IMG/VR virus record: IMGVR_UViG_3300027902_000007
DNA from: an uncultured virus (IMG/VR IMGVR_UViG_3300027902_000007)
Taxonomy: Duplodnaviria > Heunggongvirae > Uroviricota > Caudoviricetes
Length of the DNA: 64,000 nt
Direction: 5' to 3' (one strand)
Under the pieces are notes generated by a model. The model searched no databases, had not been told where the DNA came from, and saw only the letters and a program-made list of their open reading frames with translations. Of this stretch, positions 29,421-39,599 are shown in pieces. Both the position numbers and the translations under genes were made by a program. How positions within the stretch are numbered: the first letter of the stretch is position 1; each line of letters starts with the position of its first letter.

Positions 29421-30932
29421 TCAAGTTGCGAGTTTAATGTGCCGCTTTTCTCGAATAACCATTATCTTAATTTGTCCGGGATAATTCATACTTTTTTCAA
29501 TCTCATTTTTTATTTTTTCTGCCATAACCTCAGCATCATCGTCAGATACTTCATCGGGCTCTACCACAATTCTTAACTCTCGACCTGCCAATAATGCGTA
29601 ACAGGACTTTACGCCGTCAAACGACAGTGCGATTTTCTCTAAACTATCCAGTCGTTTTACGTACGCATCAAACGTGTCGTGCCGCACACCCGGTCTGGCA
29701 GACGAAAGTGTATCGGCAGCCCTTACTAACCACGTATAAACCGACGATGGGTTATCATCGTGGTGTTCAGCTATAATTTTGCAAATTACATCTGACTCAC
29801 CGCACTGTTTAGCAAAATCGGCGCCCAACTCAGCGTGCGAACCGCTAACAGCCCTAATGATTGACTTTCCAATATCGTGCAGTAGCCCCGCCCTTGACGC
29901 CAATTTTTTGTCTAATTTCAATTCTGCTGCTATGTCAGCAGCAATTAGCGCTGTCTCAAAACTATGTTCAAGCACATTTTGCGAATAGCTCGTTCGATAT
30001 TTTAATTTGCCTATTGCTTTAATTATGTCAGTGTGCATGTCTGTTATTTGTAAATCTGCCACAATTTGTCGACCAGTATTAAGAATAATGTCATCAATCT
30101 CTCGCTTTGTCGACTCAACAATTTCTTCTATACGCTGCGGATGTATGCGACCGTCACTGATAAGTTTTGTCATTGCCAGCTTAGCAATTTCACGCCTGAC
30201 CGGCTCGTAACAAGACAAGACAATCATTTCAGGCGTGTCATCAACCAAGACAGTCACACCTGTTAGCTCTTCAAAAGTTCTAATATTCCTTCCTTCGCGG
30301 CCGATGATTTTGCCCTTTAATGATTCATCTGGCAAATCAACAGCGCATGTTGCGATTTCGGATACCACGCTTTGCGATTCTTTTTGCACTGCATATGCTA
30401 GTATTTTTGTTGCCTCTATCCGCGCTCTTAACGATGTCTCATTAATAATTTCCTTAATTTTATTTTCAGATTTTAATTTTGCTGTACTTTCCAATTTTTT
30501 ACATAGTAAATTCATTACATCATCTCGCGATAAACCTGACAATTGACCGAGCTGCTGAATTAATTGTTGCTCGCGTTCCTGTACAGACTGCTCTAGTGTT
30601 TTAGCAGTTTGCATACGTTGGTCTATCGATTTTCCCTGCACATTTAGTGCCTCAACCTTGCGAGCAAGGTCAACGGACTGTGTGCGTATATCTAACTCTT
30701 GTTTACGTATTTTATTACGCTGTTGTCTAATGAACTGAATTTCTTTACTTGTTTTACGTTTAAAATCCTGTTCATTTTTCTGTAAATCTTCAAGTTTGCG
30801 ATTAATCTCTTGTTGTCGTTCCGAAAATCCTCGTGAGATAACAACAGCATCGTCGTCTTTTATATCAAACGATTTCTTCAGGAGCGAAATAACGTCAAGA
30901 ATCGACTGTTTTTGTGCATCGTCTATTGTCAT
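29421..30932 (-). CDS. rny: Ribonuclease Y (no N-terminal TM anchor)
   Basis: Coiled coil, KH (KGKIIGREGRNIR), DGRIHPQRIEE, RTSYSQNVLEHS, LLHDIGK, YPGQIK. Confidence 0.95.
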   Translation of the reverse strand: MTIDDAQKQSILDVISLLKKSFDIKDDDAVVISRGFSERQQEINRKLEDLQKNEQDFKRKTSKEIQFIRQQRNKIRKQELDIRTQSVDLARKVEALNVQGKSIDQRMQTAKTLEQSVQEREQQLIQQLGQLSGLSRDDVMNLLCKKLESTAKLKSENKIKEIINETSLRARIEATKILAYAVQKESQSVVSEIATCAVDLPDESLKGKIIGREGRNIRTFEELTGVTVLVDDTPEMIVLSCYEPVRREIAKLAMTKLISDGRIHPQRIEEIVESTKREIDDIILNTGRQIVADLQITDMHTDIIKAIGKLKYRTSYSQNVLEHSFETALIAADIAAELKLDKKLASRAGLLHDIGKSIIRAVSGSHAELGADFAKQCGESDVICKIIAEHHDDNPSSVYTWLVRAADTLSSARPGVRHDTFDAYVKRLDSLEKIALSFDGVKSCYALLAGRELRIVVEPDEVSDDDAEVMAEKIKNEIEKSMNYPGQIKIMVIREKRHIKLAT

Positions 30933-30999
30933 AGTTCACCTGTATTTTAATTTGACATTCGTGACTTTCAAAAACTCGTAGGGGAAAAAACCGTAGGAC

Positions 31000-31362
31000 T
31001 TATGCAAGATCGTCAAACATCAAAAATGATTGTTTAATAGTAACATTTACGTTGTTGTCATCAATAATTTTAATACTTTCAACTTTTTCAATACAGACAC
31101 TGAATTGAGATCTGCATAATAGATTGTAATCTTCTTTAAATTTATCATCGGCAATTTGAAAAAAATCATTGTCGATAATCTTATATGTATTAACGGCGGG
31201 TAATCCGCCTGTAACTGGTTTTTGTAAAACTACGGTTTTTTCCCCTATACATTCGACTTTGCTTTTAATTGAAATGCAATAAGCTAACCAATCTGTTGTG
31301 ATTGAATCGTGACACTCTTTAAGAGCTAAATTAATTAACTCATCAATCTCGATTCTATCCAT
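31000..31362 (-). CDS. Hypothetical protein
   Basis: 120-aa ORF. Confidence 0.55.
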   Translation of the reverse strand: MDRIEIDELINLALKECHDSITTDWLAYCISIKSKVECIGEKTVVLQKPVTGGLPAVNTYKIIDNDFFQIADDKFKEDYNLLCRSQFSVCIEKVESIKIIDDNNVNVTIKQSFLMFDDLA

Positions 31363-31395
31363 GTTTGTTTTAATATACTATTTTTAAGCAAAGAT

Positions 31396-32709
31396 TTAAT
31401 TACTGCCATCTTCAAACTTTATGTCTTCATAAGGTTGAAGATCCTCAAGTTTCATTGACCACAAGTCATCACTAAATTTCTGTTCTTCAGGTGTGAGACC
31501 CTCCAAATCTCGAACCTTGAAAAGAAAATCATCATGAGATGTGTCTTTCTCAGCAGCAACTTTACTTATACCTTCAGCATTTGCTCTCATTTTCATACCT
31601 GCCCTCGCGTAGAAGTTTTGGAATATAGTGGGATCAATGTAATGTTTCAGCGCGATTTTTGGCGTATTGCCGAGCCTATCTGCGACAACAACAGCAGCAT
31701 CACTGATGGTCTGCTTAATTTGGTCACGACTCATCTTTGCTGGGTCAATTTTTGATAAATACTCATTGGCCCATTGCGTGCCATGGTGGTGACGGAAATG
31801 GTGAATTGTCACATTCGAACCGAGACGCATCCTTAAATATTCATTCACAAGTCGAGGAGCGATACGAATTTCCTCATTATGTTTCTTCCATGTGAACAGT
31901 GCGTCATCGGGCTGTTTATTCTCAAGAAATTGTTGTAGATTGTTTTTAATAGTGTCTGATACCTCAAATGTGTGTTTTTGTGCGATCCTCTTTTTACCAG
32001 AATAAGACACTACTACTTTATGATCGGTCATCGTTATGTGTTTTTTCTGCAAATTGTGTAGTCCACGGACATCGTCTTTCTCACTCTTTTTATTGCCCAC
32101 CCGCATCGCAGCTTGGTCGACCAAAGCTATTGCCGTCGCGTACACCCTATCTCTTTCATTACTGCTAGTCAAATCCGCATGATATTTCTTTCTAATCGTC
32201 GGTAGTAATTCCCCAAATCGTTGAACATTCGCAAACTTGATCTTATTATGCCGTTTAATGTAATCTTCAGTATAGAAGTGCACAGCGTGACCCGTGCGAG
32301 GATGTGTCTGCTTAGCGTAATACGCGTTGTCTGAGTCCGGTTGCCAATCCGGATTAATATTAATCTTAACGCCCGGGAACATGCCTCGCGTGGTGTTAAG
32401 CTTCTTACCAGTGTGGGTGAAGAAATTAGGATGCGACTCAGGGGTCATGTGCTTACGTTCCTGCAATTTCTTCTGTCTCTCCAAGCGACGTTCTTCCCGT
32501 CTCTTCCTCCGCTCCGTCCTCCTCAGCGATTTTTCCTGTCTCCGTTTAAATCTTGCATTCAGGCGTCTTTGTTCTTCAAGGGGTAAGGACTTGAATTTAA
32601 CTCTATTTCGTGTAGTAGGATGGCGAAACATCTTACCAAGCCACCACGGCTTTTTAACTTCTTTTGCAATTTTAATAAATTCTACACATATACGAGCAAT
32701 ATGTTTCAT
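31396..32709 (-). CDS. DNA topoisomerase IB (bacterial/poxvirus-like) with N-terminal leader
   Basis: MRVGN, YSGKK, HHFR, LGNTPKIALKHYIDP (catalytic Tyr); ATG 32709 with GGAGGA RBS. Confidence 0.88.
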   Translation of the reverse strand: MKHIARICVEFIKIAKEVKKPWWLGKMFRHPTTRNRVKFKSLPLEEQRRLNARFKRRQEKSLRRTERRKRREERRLERQKKLQERKHMTPESHPNFFTHTGKKLNTTRGMFPGVKININPDWQPDSDNAYYAKQTHPRTGHAVHFYTEDYIKRHNKIKFANVQRFGELLPTIRKKYHADLTSSNERDRVYATAIALVDQAAMRVGNKKSEKDDVRGLHNLQKKHITMTDHKVVVSYSGKKRIAQKHTFEVSDTIKNNLQQFLENKQPDDALFTWKKHNEEIRIAPRLVNEYLRMRLGSNVTIHHFRHHHGTQWANEYLSKIDPAKMSRDQIKQTISDAAVVVADRLGNTPKIALKHYIDPTIFQNFYARAGMKMRANAEGISKVAAEKDTSHDDFLFKVRDLEGLTPEEQKFSDDLWSMKLEDLQPYEDIKFEDGSN

Positions 32710-32722
32710 TTTTCCTCCAAAT

Positions 32723-33277
32723 TTACCATTGTTCGCCATGTTCGTCATTTTCCCGCATCCACGTCAAATTTATTGCCCTGGCTATTGTCTTCAAATCCTT
32801 ATATGTGCTCCCGACATCCCCAAGTGGAATGTCTGACTTATACCCCTGCACTATAGCGTCCCACTTGTCCCACTTGCTTTTTCCGCTCTTTTCTTTTCTT
32901 ATGAATGTCATGTCAAAACCTTTTTTATTCGTCACGTTAATTTTATCTTCATCTATGTCTGACAGATCAACCTTATACCCATCTTTCTTAAATTGATCTG
33001 CAATATCAGTCAACTCTTTAATGACTTTCTGACGCTCAGGCGTCTGATCGTAAAGTTCTTTCTTTTTTGCTTCAAGTTGCTTCCGCTGTTCATCTAAACT
33101 ACTAATTTGTTTATCAACATCCTTCACTGTCTTGTAGCGCTTTTCATGTTTTGCTGTAAGGCGACGTTTAGATTTAGGGTGACGGTTTAAATAATGTACC
33201 TGCTCCTCCATAGACAAATCATCCCATTCACGAGCAGTTTTTAAAAATTCAGCTTGTATTGTCGCCAAATGTTTCAT
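32723..33277 (-). CDS. Hypothetical protein with shared leader and W..Q..YL..HP.S module
   Basis: Begins MKHLATIQAEFLKTAREWDDLSMEEQVHYLNRHPKSKRRLTAK. Confidence 0.75.
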   Translation of the reverse strand: MKHLATIQAEFLKTAREWDDLSMEEQVHYLNRHPKSKRRLTAKHEKRYKTVKDVDKQISSLDEQRKQLEAKKKELYDQTPERQKVIKELTDIADQFKKDGYKVDLSDIDEDKINVTNKKGFDMTFIRKEKSGKSKWDKWDAIVQGYKSDIPLGDVGSTYKDLKTIARAINLTWMRENDEHGEQW

Positions 33278-33321
33278 ATCACCCCTATTTATGATAACAA
33301 ACTATAGTTATAATAAAGCTA

Positions 33322-34830
33322 TCAAACAATTTTCAACTTCTCCAGAGCTTCAATTGCTTGCTGCTTTGTCATGTCAGGATTATCTAATAACAAATTCTGA
33401 AGATGCTCTTTGGCTTTGCCAACAGCCGGACCGGGTTGTAATTTCAACACATCCATAATTTCATGGCCTGTAATGGGCAAGACCATCTTCTCAACAGGTT
33501 TTTGGCTCTGTAATTCTTTAATTCTCTGTTCTAAATTTGTGATTGACACCATACTGGCATAATCTGGATGATGACTAGCCCTGTCGGCTTTTATAAGATT
33601 TAAAACATTATCTAGCTCAAGCCCCATGTCTCTAATAAATCGACGTACAGTGGCATCTGACCACTGGCTTGAACCATGCACTCGCATGTGTGAGGCAATA
33701 ATTTTTGTCACCTTGTCAATCACATCATTTGAGTACTTTAAGCGCTTCATCACTTCTTCTGCGATGTCGGCGGATGCTTTTTCATGCTCATAAAAATGAG
33801 GCTGACTATCATCACCAACAGTCATCTTTTGGGGCTTACCTATATCGTGCAGCAATGCAGCCAACCTATCTACAGGAACTTTGTTCACCTCCATGTCATT
33901 AGACCTGTCTAGCACGTCCATGGTGTGATTCCAGGCATCAGTATAGTGATATTTACCTTGTTTGACCCCAACTAGTCGTTCTAACTCTGGCAGAAACTGG
34001 TGCAGTACTCCTGTTTTTAGCATTACATTTAATGCTCTACTTGGCTTTTTTGTCGCTAGCATCTTGTTCAATTCTTCCTGTATGCGTTCTCTAGAAATGT
34101 GATTGAGTTCTTCTGCATTATTCTTTACTGCAGGTAAGACGTCATCTGCAAATTTAAAATCATACTTGACAGCGAAACGAACAGAACGCAAAATACGCAG
34201 TGGGTCATCTTGAAAAGTCACATTCGGATCCAATGGCGTGCGAATGATGCCCTCTCGCAAATCATCCATGCCTTTACCTGTGAGATCTAACGTCTTGCCC
34301 GTGGTTAAGTCTAACAAAAGCGTATTAATTGTAAAATCTCTACGTTCTACATCCTCCTGCAGTGTCCCAAATGAAGTGGACGGCTTGCGACTGCCCCTTA
34401 CGTATTCTTCGTTTCTTGTCTGAACAAATTCAACTTCAACACCTGATGGTAGTTGTATCTTGGCCGTTCCAAATGTTGGAAAAATAACAGGCTCATGAAT
34501 TTTAAGTTTTTTACTTATATAATTAGCCAAATCAATGCCGCCTGACGGTGCCTCAACTGTGATGTCAATGTCTTTTGATAGTCTGCCCAATATTTTATCA
34601 CGCACAAAACCGCCTGCTAGAAATGCCTTCCCACGAAACGGCGACTTTTTAATGATTGAACTCAATTGTCTGACAGCTTTGTCCTCTTTATTTATTTTGG
34701 ATTTCGCCGTCAACCTACGCTTCGATTTTGGATGCTCTTTAAGATAAAACAACTGCGCGTCACGGGACAGTTCGTCCCAAGTTAATGCCATTTTCTCGAA
34801 TTCCTTCTGTATTTTTGCAAAATGTCTCAT
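33322..34830 (-). CDS. cca: Class II CCA-adding tRNA nucleotidyltransferase with HD domain and N-terminal leader
   Basis: AGGFVRD..DIDI, DVERRDFTIN, DDPLRILR, ISRERIQEE, LHDIGKP. Confidence 0.9.
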   Translation of the reverse strand: MRHFAKIQKEFEKMALTWDELSRDAQLFYLKEHPKSKRRLTAKSKINKEDKAVRQLSSIIKKSPFRGKAFLAGGFVRDKILGRLSKDIDITVEAPSGGIDLANYISKKLKIHEPVIFPTFGTAKIQLPSGVEVEFVQTRNEEYVRGSRKPSTSFGTLQEDVERRDFTINTLLLDLTTGKTLDLTGKGMDDLREGIIRTPLDPNVTFQDDPLRILRSVRFAVKYDFKFADDVLPAVKNNAEELNHISRERIQEELNKMLATKKPSRALNVMLKTGVLHQFLPELERLVGVKQGKYHYTDAWNHTMDVLDRSNDMEVNKVPVDRLAALLHDIGKPQKMTVGDDSQPHFYEHEKASADIAEEVMKRLKYSNDVIDKVTKIIASHMRVHGSSQWSDATVRRFIRDMGLELDNVLNLIKADRASHHPDYASMVSITNLEQRIKELQSQKPVEKMVLPITGHEIMDVLKLQPGPAVGKAKEHLQNLLLDNPDMTKQQAIEALEKLKIV

Positions 34831-35002
34831 ATTTATTGCGATAGAATAAACCCATTAGAACTATCTTTTTAGGAGTAAATCACGGACGTCGAGGAGAGTG
34901 TTTAATAACAACTGTTGATTACGGATAAGAGCCTCTGACAGATTAACTCGCAGTATGACGTCTTCCATGTTAATAAATTTTTTTTCAATTTCAGATCTGC
35001 TC

Positions 35003-35215
35003 TCATAATTCGTCGTAGTTTTGTTCTTCACCATCTTCAGTCTCATCATTTTCATCTTCATCGAATTCATCCTGATTTAACCCATCATTATTTTCTGGTA
35101 ATGTAGACTGCAGCATCTCAACAATGTCTTCGTCTAAAAAGTCGTCATCGTCGTAATAGAGATCATCATTAAAATCTGCAAGACGGTCAAAGTTAAGTTC
35201 ATCATCTTCGTACAT
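35003..35215 (-). CDS. Very acidic small protein
   Basis: 32 D/E and one basic residue in 70 aa; GAGG RBS and TGATTA box upstream. Confidence 0.6.
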   Translation of the reverse strand: MYEDDELNFDRLADFNDDLYYDDDDFLDEDIVEMLQSTLPENNDGLNQDEFDEDENDETEDGEEQNYDEL

Positions 35216-35236
35216 GAATTTGCCTCAATAATGTAA

Positions 35237-35476
35237 TCAACACATGTGCGTAGATTTGACAATTTCAACTTTTAATGTCTGTTTAATTTTTTTGTGACGA
35301 TCGCGATTGTCGTCGTCATAATCAGGCTCGGGATGTTTTTTAGATATAGGAGTTATGCGAATAGTAATCTCTGCACCACAGTCCACACAATTAGTCTTAA
35401 ATAATTTAGAGTCATCGTCGTCAGATTCTATTTGTCTTGCATTATGCTCACCATACCACGTGGGACCTCTTCCCAT
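35237..35476 (-). CDS. Hypothetical protein (CxxC)
   Basis: 79-aa ORF in tight run. Confidence 0.5.
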   Translation of the reverse strand: MGRGPTWYGEHNARQIESDDDDSKLFKTNCVDCGAEITIRITPISKKHPEPDYDDDNRDRHKKIKQTLKVEIVKSTHMC

Positions 35477-35477
35477 A

Positions 35478-35741
35478 CTAACCCCTTTTCTGCATCTGTT
35501 CTAATTGAGTGTAATAATTATCTAGTACCGCCTTTGTTTTCTTACGTTTCAGCTCTGCAATTCGCACTTGTGATCGCGCATGGATTATTTCAGCTTCAGC
35601 AATTTCATCATCAAACTTTGCTAATTGTACTTTGAGGAATACATCAGGGCTGACGCCGATCTTCGTCTTCTGTGAGTCCGTTTGCGAATCTTTCAGCGAT
35701 GCCTCCGGTGATGTCTCCGGTGATTTGGGTGTTTCCGCCAT
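35478..35741 (-). CDS. Small coiled-coil protein
   Basis: 87 aa, AAGGAG RBS. Confidence 0.55.
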   Translation of the reverse strand: MAETPKSPETSPEASLKDSQTDSQKTKIGVSPDVFLKVQLAKFDDEIAEAEIIHARSQVRIAELKRKKTKAVLDNYYTQLEQMQKRG

Positions 35742-36597
35742 TTATTTCTCCTTTCGGCTTATTATTCCCACCATCCACGCCTTCTTTCGGCTTATTTTTT
35801 TCGTAAAGTAATATGGGATCGCATTTACCTGGATATTTACGGGCAACAGCGTCCGTGCATTTATTTTTAAATTTGTCGCACGGTTTGCACACTTTCTCAA
35901 ATTGGTCGTCTGTAAGTCCCACTAATTTTTCAACTTTAGTATCGCTGTCCTTATTAAGCTCAATTGTGATTTCTTTAATGTCTTTGATTATTGAAACAGA
36001 CTGGGTGGGAGGTAATCGTTGCTTAGCAATTTGCCAATAAACCTTAAGTGCTTCTTTAATTAACTGTTTTTGTTGTTCATTTAGATTCATTTTCAATAGA
36101 CCTGCAAAGCAATTTAAACAACGTTAAGGTGACTGGTTGATTTTTTAATTTAGCTGATGCTATTTTAGCAACTAATTTTTCAACGTATTCTTTTACTTTA
36201 TCGGGCGTCATGTCTTTATCAAACAGCTCACCCATCCACTTGCTTATTTCGCTCCGCATATCAACGTCAGACAGCGTTTGGTTCATACTTCTAGCATGTG
36301 CCCATTAAGTCTGACAATTTTTGCAATTTTATCTTTGTCAGCCCAGTCAAATTTTAAAATCGGCTTATCCTCTTTATACGAATCCTCGCAGTGATATAAT
36401 GACTCTGTCCTACCTTTCAATTCGCGGTCACGACTGATTTTACTAACTAGGGAAACTAACCTGGCATCTGCTCGACCGAATTTATCTGTTTTGGCTACAA
36501 TTAATGTGCCTCGATCGCCATCTTTTGTCATCCTCATATTAATCTCCTTAAAATGAGGGCAGGCGAAAACCTGCCCCCAAGAATAAAGTTTATTTCA

Positions 36598-36876
36598 TCA
36601 GGCCTCTGCGGCCTCACTGCCGCTCGCTTTACCTTTTTTGCCCACTTTGCCAGACTTGGGCTCAGCAGCCTTAGCAGCCTTACGCTCGGCTTTTTTGGCT
36701 TTCTGTTCCTCAAGAATGGACTTACGCAGTGCGTTAATGGCCTTTTTCGCGACCATCAGTGCCTTGCGAGCCCTCGAACCGGCTGAATTAACATCCTGTT
36801 CAGCATACTTCTGAATTTGAGCATCAAACTCCGCAATCGCTGACTTGAGTTCGGCAACTTTTGCACTTAAATCCAT
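36598..36876 (-). CDS. Histone H1-like (Hc1-type) nucleoid protein
   Basis: NSAGSRARKALM..KK....LRK core plus K/A-rich tail; AAGGAGG RBS. Confidence 0.7.
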   Translation of the reverse strand: MDLSAKVAELKSAIAEFDAQIQKYAEQDVNSAGSRARKALMVAKKAINALRKSILEEQKAKKAERKAAKAAEPKSGKVGKKGKASGSEAAEA

Positions 36877-36894
36877 ACAGCCTCCTTTAAAATG

Positions 36895-37926
36895 TTAATG
36901 TTGTGAGTCTTGTTTGTCCGTAATCAACTTCTGGTTTTTCGTTTTTAATTGTCTATCAAAGTCCGCAGTGATTCCTTCCTGAATCCCTTCTATCGATTTT
37001 TTCAATTCCCTATAAAACAATGCTTTCTGATCCTTTGACTGGACACCGAAAACAGTTTTTAAAGGGCCCTCCAACCGCGCCAACATCTGTTTTATGACGA
37101 CGTTGAGATAGATTTCCTCCGTTTCTTGTGGGCTTAATAACTGCCCCACCTGTGATAGGCCAGTTAATGCCTTGCTTCCTATGAAACCAAGCTGCGATAA
37201 CAATTGGCCTTGTTTGCTTTCAAGATCAACTCTAGATAATGCTTTAAATTTAGATATGGCTTGTTTATTCAATGAATTTAAGATTTGCGCTTGCTTCAAT
37301 ATCAACTCATCTATGCCAAACGACTTATTATTTTGCTTCTTCTCCTCAATTAACGTCTCCAACTCCTGATATTTAATAATCATCTCTTTTGCTGTGGCGT
37401 CAAACATTTCCAATTCATCGAGATATTTTTGTGTAGTAAGTTTAAAGATATCTTTCTGCGCAATTGAAGAACTTACTGTTGCAACTGCTCCTCGACGCTT
37501 ATTATATTCAGCAATGGCAGCTGCTCTAGCATCAAAATGTGATTTAAAATGTCTATGCAATAATGACTTGTTTAATGATCTGCCTGTACGTTCCTCAAAT
37601 TTCATTGAAAACTTATCTATCATGTCGTTGTAAGAACAGCCGTCAAGATAAGCTTTGTTTAATTTCAATGACCATATAGGCGTTGTGCATAATATGCAAC
37701 GTGAATTTGGCCTTAGATACTCGTTAATTATCTCAGTTTCAGTTTTCTTTTCTAATTCGTCGCTAATTTGTTCTTCAGGCACATTTGGTTCATCAGCATC
37801 TGGCGCAGTTTGCTCTGTGATGTTAACTTCAACAGCGTCCTGAGTGTCAACGTCAGCAGTCCCTACATCTAGATCCATTTTATCACCGTCGTCATTAGCA
37901 GAATTGTCAAGACTTAAATCATTCAT
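36895..37926 (-). CDS. Hypothetical protein with acidic N-terminus and CxxC...HxxxH motif
   Basis: RCILC...LLHRHFKSH followed by coiled coil. Confidence 0.65.
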   Translation of the reverse strand: MNDLSLDNSANDDGDKMDLDVGTADVDTQDAVEVNITEQTAPDADEPNVPEEQISDELEKKTETEIINEYLRPNSRCILCTTPIWSLKLNKAYLDGCSYNDMIDKFSMKFEERTGRSLNKSLLHRHFKSHFDARAAAIAEYNKRRGAVATVSSSIAQKDIFKLTTQKYLDELEMFDATAKEMIIKYQELETLIEEKKQNNKSFGIDELILKQAQILNSLNKQAISKFKALSRVDLESKQGQLLSQLGFIGSKALTGLSQVGQLLSPQETEEIYLNVVIKQMLARLEGPLKTVFGVQSKDQKALFYRELKKSIEGIQEGITADFDRQLKTKNQKLITDKQDSQH

Positions 37927-37984
37927 TTATTCTATCCTTCTAATGTATTTTATACCTAATTACAATTTAAATTTTACATGAGTC

Positions 37985-38497
37985 TTACTCAGTTAAGAAC
38001 TTAAATTTTTCTAATGCTATCGCCCGATGTTTTGACTCTTCTATCTTTGCCAATGTGATGCTATACTTATCCCATAAAGACCGGCAGCGCATAAAAATTT
38101 GTGGTCGCCAACGTAATAAAACATCTGCAAAATCTTGCGTCTTAATTTGTGACAATATGTTAACTGCCTCATTATCTGAAACTAAGTTATTTTTTACAAA
38201 ATATACGATCTCTAATCTTGATAATTTTCCTGCCATCACTAGACTACAAAAGCTGCGTTTAGCAGCTTCTAACAACGTCGACGAAATGATTTTTTCATCA
38301 CGCTTGGTGAGATCTAGCAATTCTATTATGTCATTTACGCGGTAAAACTCATCAGTCGGTAATGAATTTTTATAAGCGGCTGCAATATAGTCAACAATCT
38401 CATCAGTGACACTTGCCGAATCAAGAATTTCCTCAATTTCGCAGGCATTAAGATTCAAATTTTCAATCTTTTTGATTAGACTGTTCTTTTTCTTCAT
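37985..38497 (-). CDS. Hypothetical protein
   Basis: 170-aa ORF. Confidence 0.55.
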   Translation of the reverse strand: MKKKNSLIKKIENLNLNACEIEEILDSASVTDEIVDYIAAAYKNSLPTDEFYRVNDIIELLDLTKRDEKIISSTLLEAAKRSFCSLVMAGKLSRLEIVYFVKNNLVSDNEAVNILSQIKTQDFADVLLRWRPQIFMRCRSLWDKYSITLAKIEESKHRAIALEKFKFLTE

Positions 38498-38798
38498 CGT
38501 TAAACGCTGAGAATTTGCCTGTTAATTTGGCTGTTTTAATAAAATGATCTAATTTGAATTTAAATTCATTGACTGCATCGTCAAATTCCCTGCTTATAAT
38601 CATTTCGTAATAAAAAACAAACCCAAAATCTTTATTGTGCATGAGTTTATCAGGATCGCCGATACCGACAACTGACGCCTCCTCATCCTTTATCACCCAA
38701 ATCTTGTTTTCAAGACCCTTATCTTTAATACACCGCTTGCAGACCTCAATAAACATGTCAATCTGTTGGTCAACAATTTTATAAAATCGACTATTCAT
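38463..38798 (-). CDS. Hypothetical protein
   Basis: 111-aa ORF. Confidence 0.55.
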   Translation of the reverse strand: MNSRFYKIVDQQIDMFIEVCKRCIKDKGLENKIWVIKDEEASVVGIGDPDKLMHNKDFGFVFYYEMIISREFDDAVNEFKFKLDHFIKTAKLTGKFSAFNDEEKEQSNQKD

Positions 38799-38940
38799 TT
38801 TATAATGTTATCAATAGTTTTTTGAAAATTATCCTGCATAAATATTTCTACGTCATCAATCTCAATCTGTCGTTCAATCGCTTCAGTAACCATCGATTCA
38901 ACTATGTCGTATACTAATTTTTCTTCATATAATTTTTTAT

Positions 38941-39291
38941 CTACTTTTTGCATATTACGTTCATCACATCAGTAAATGTTTTGCACTGACCCAGCTCAAT
39001 TTTTAAATTAATAACGTCATCGTATGTTATAATAGACTTGTTATTAAATTTTACTTGCTCATTAATATCATTAATTATTGCAACTACATCATGTCTGTTC
39101 TTTATATTTTTAATTTTTGACACAGTAGCCTCATTTAAAATATGAAACTCGCCATTATAAAATGATACAAATTCTTGGCAAGAAGGACAATGTATCATCA
39201 TGAATTGAGGTTGTGTCCGTAAGAATATCTCATAGGTTGTGTTGCATATAGGACAAATGAAAGATACACGAGCACACGATATTGTCCTCAT
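38941..39291 (-). CDS. Zn-ribbon protein
   Basis: CPIC...CPSC. Confidence 0.6.
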   Translation of the reverse strand: MRTISCARVSFICPICNTTYEIFLRTQPQFMMIHCPSCQEFVSFYNGEFHILNEATVSKIKNIKNRHDVVAIINDINEQVKFNNKSIITYDDVINLKIELGQCKTFTDVMNVICKK

Positions 39292-39305
39292 TTGCCCCCT
39301 CCTTT

Positions 39306-39599
39306 CTACGTTTGCACCCCCCGGTGCTGCTGTAATGCTTTCTCATATGCTTCTAAAACTTTACTATCAATCAGTTGTCGAAATTCATTCGTCAGCGGAT
39401 GAGCGGTGTCCTGAAAACTACCATCTTTCTTTTTAAAATTTGGCATCACAACAAAAAATCCTTTTCCACCCTCAATCACACGTAAATTTCTAACAATAAA
39501 TACTTTATTGAACACAATGTTCGCAAAACATTTTAATTTTTTATTTTTCGGATCGTCCGTATACGGAAACACAATTTGAACGTCAGTGATCTCAATCAT
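39306..39599 (-). CDS. spoVG: SpoVG family nucleic-acid-binding protein
   Basis: EITDVQI...LKCFANIVF..VFIVRNLRVIEG.KGFFVVMP..KKKDGSFQDTAHPL..EFR. Confidence 0.9.
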   Translation of the reverse strand: MIEITDVQIVFPYTDDPKNKKLKCFANIVFNKVFIVRNLRVIEGGKGFFVVMPNFKKKDGSFQDTAHPLTNEFRQLIDSKVLEAYEKALQQHRGVQT

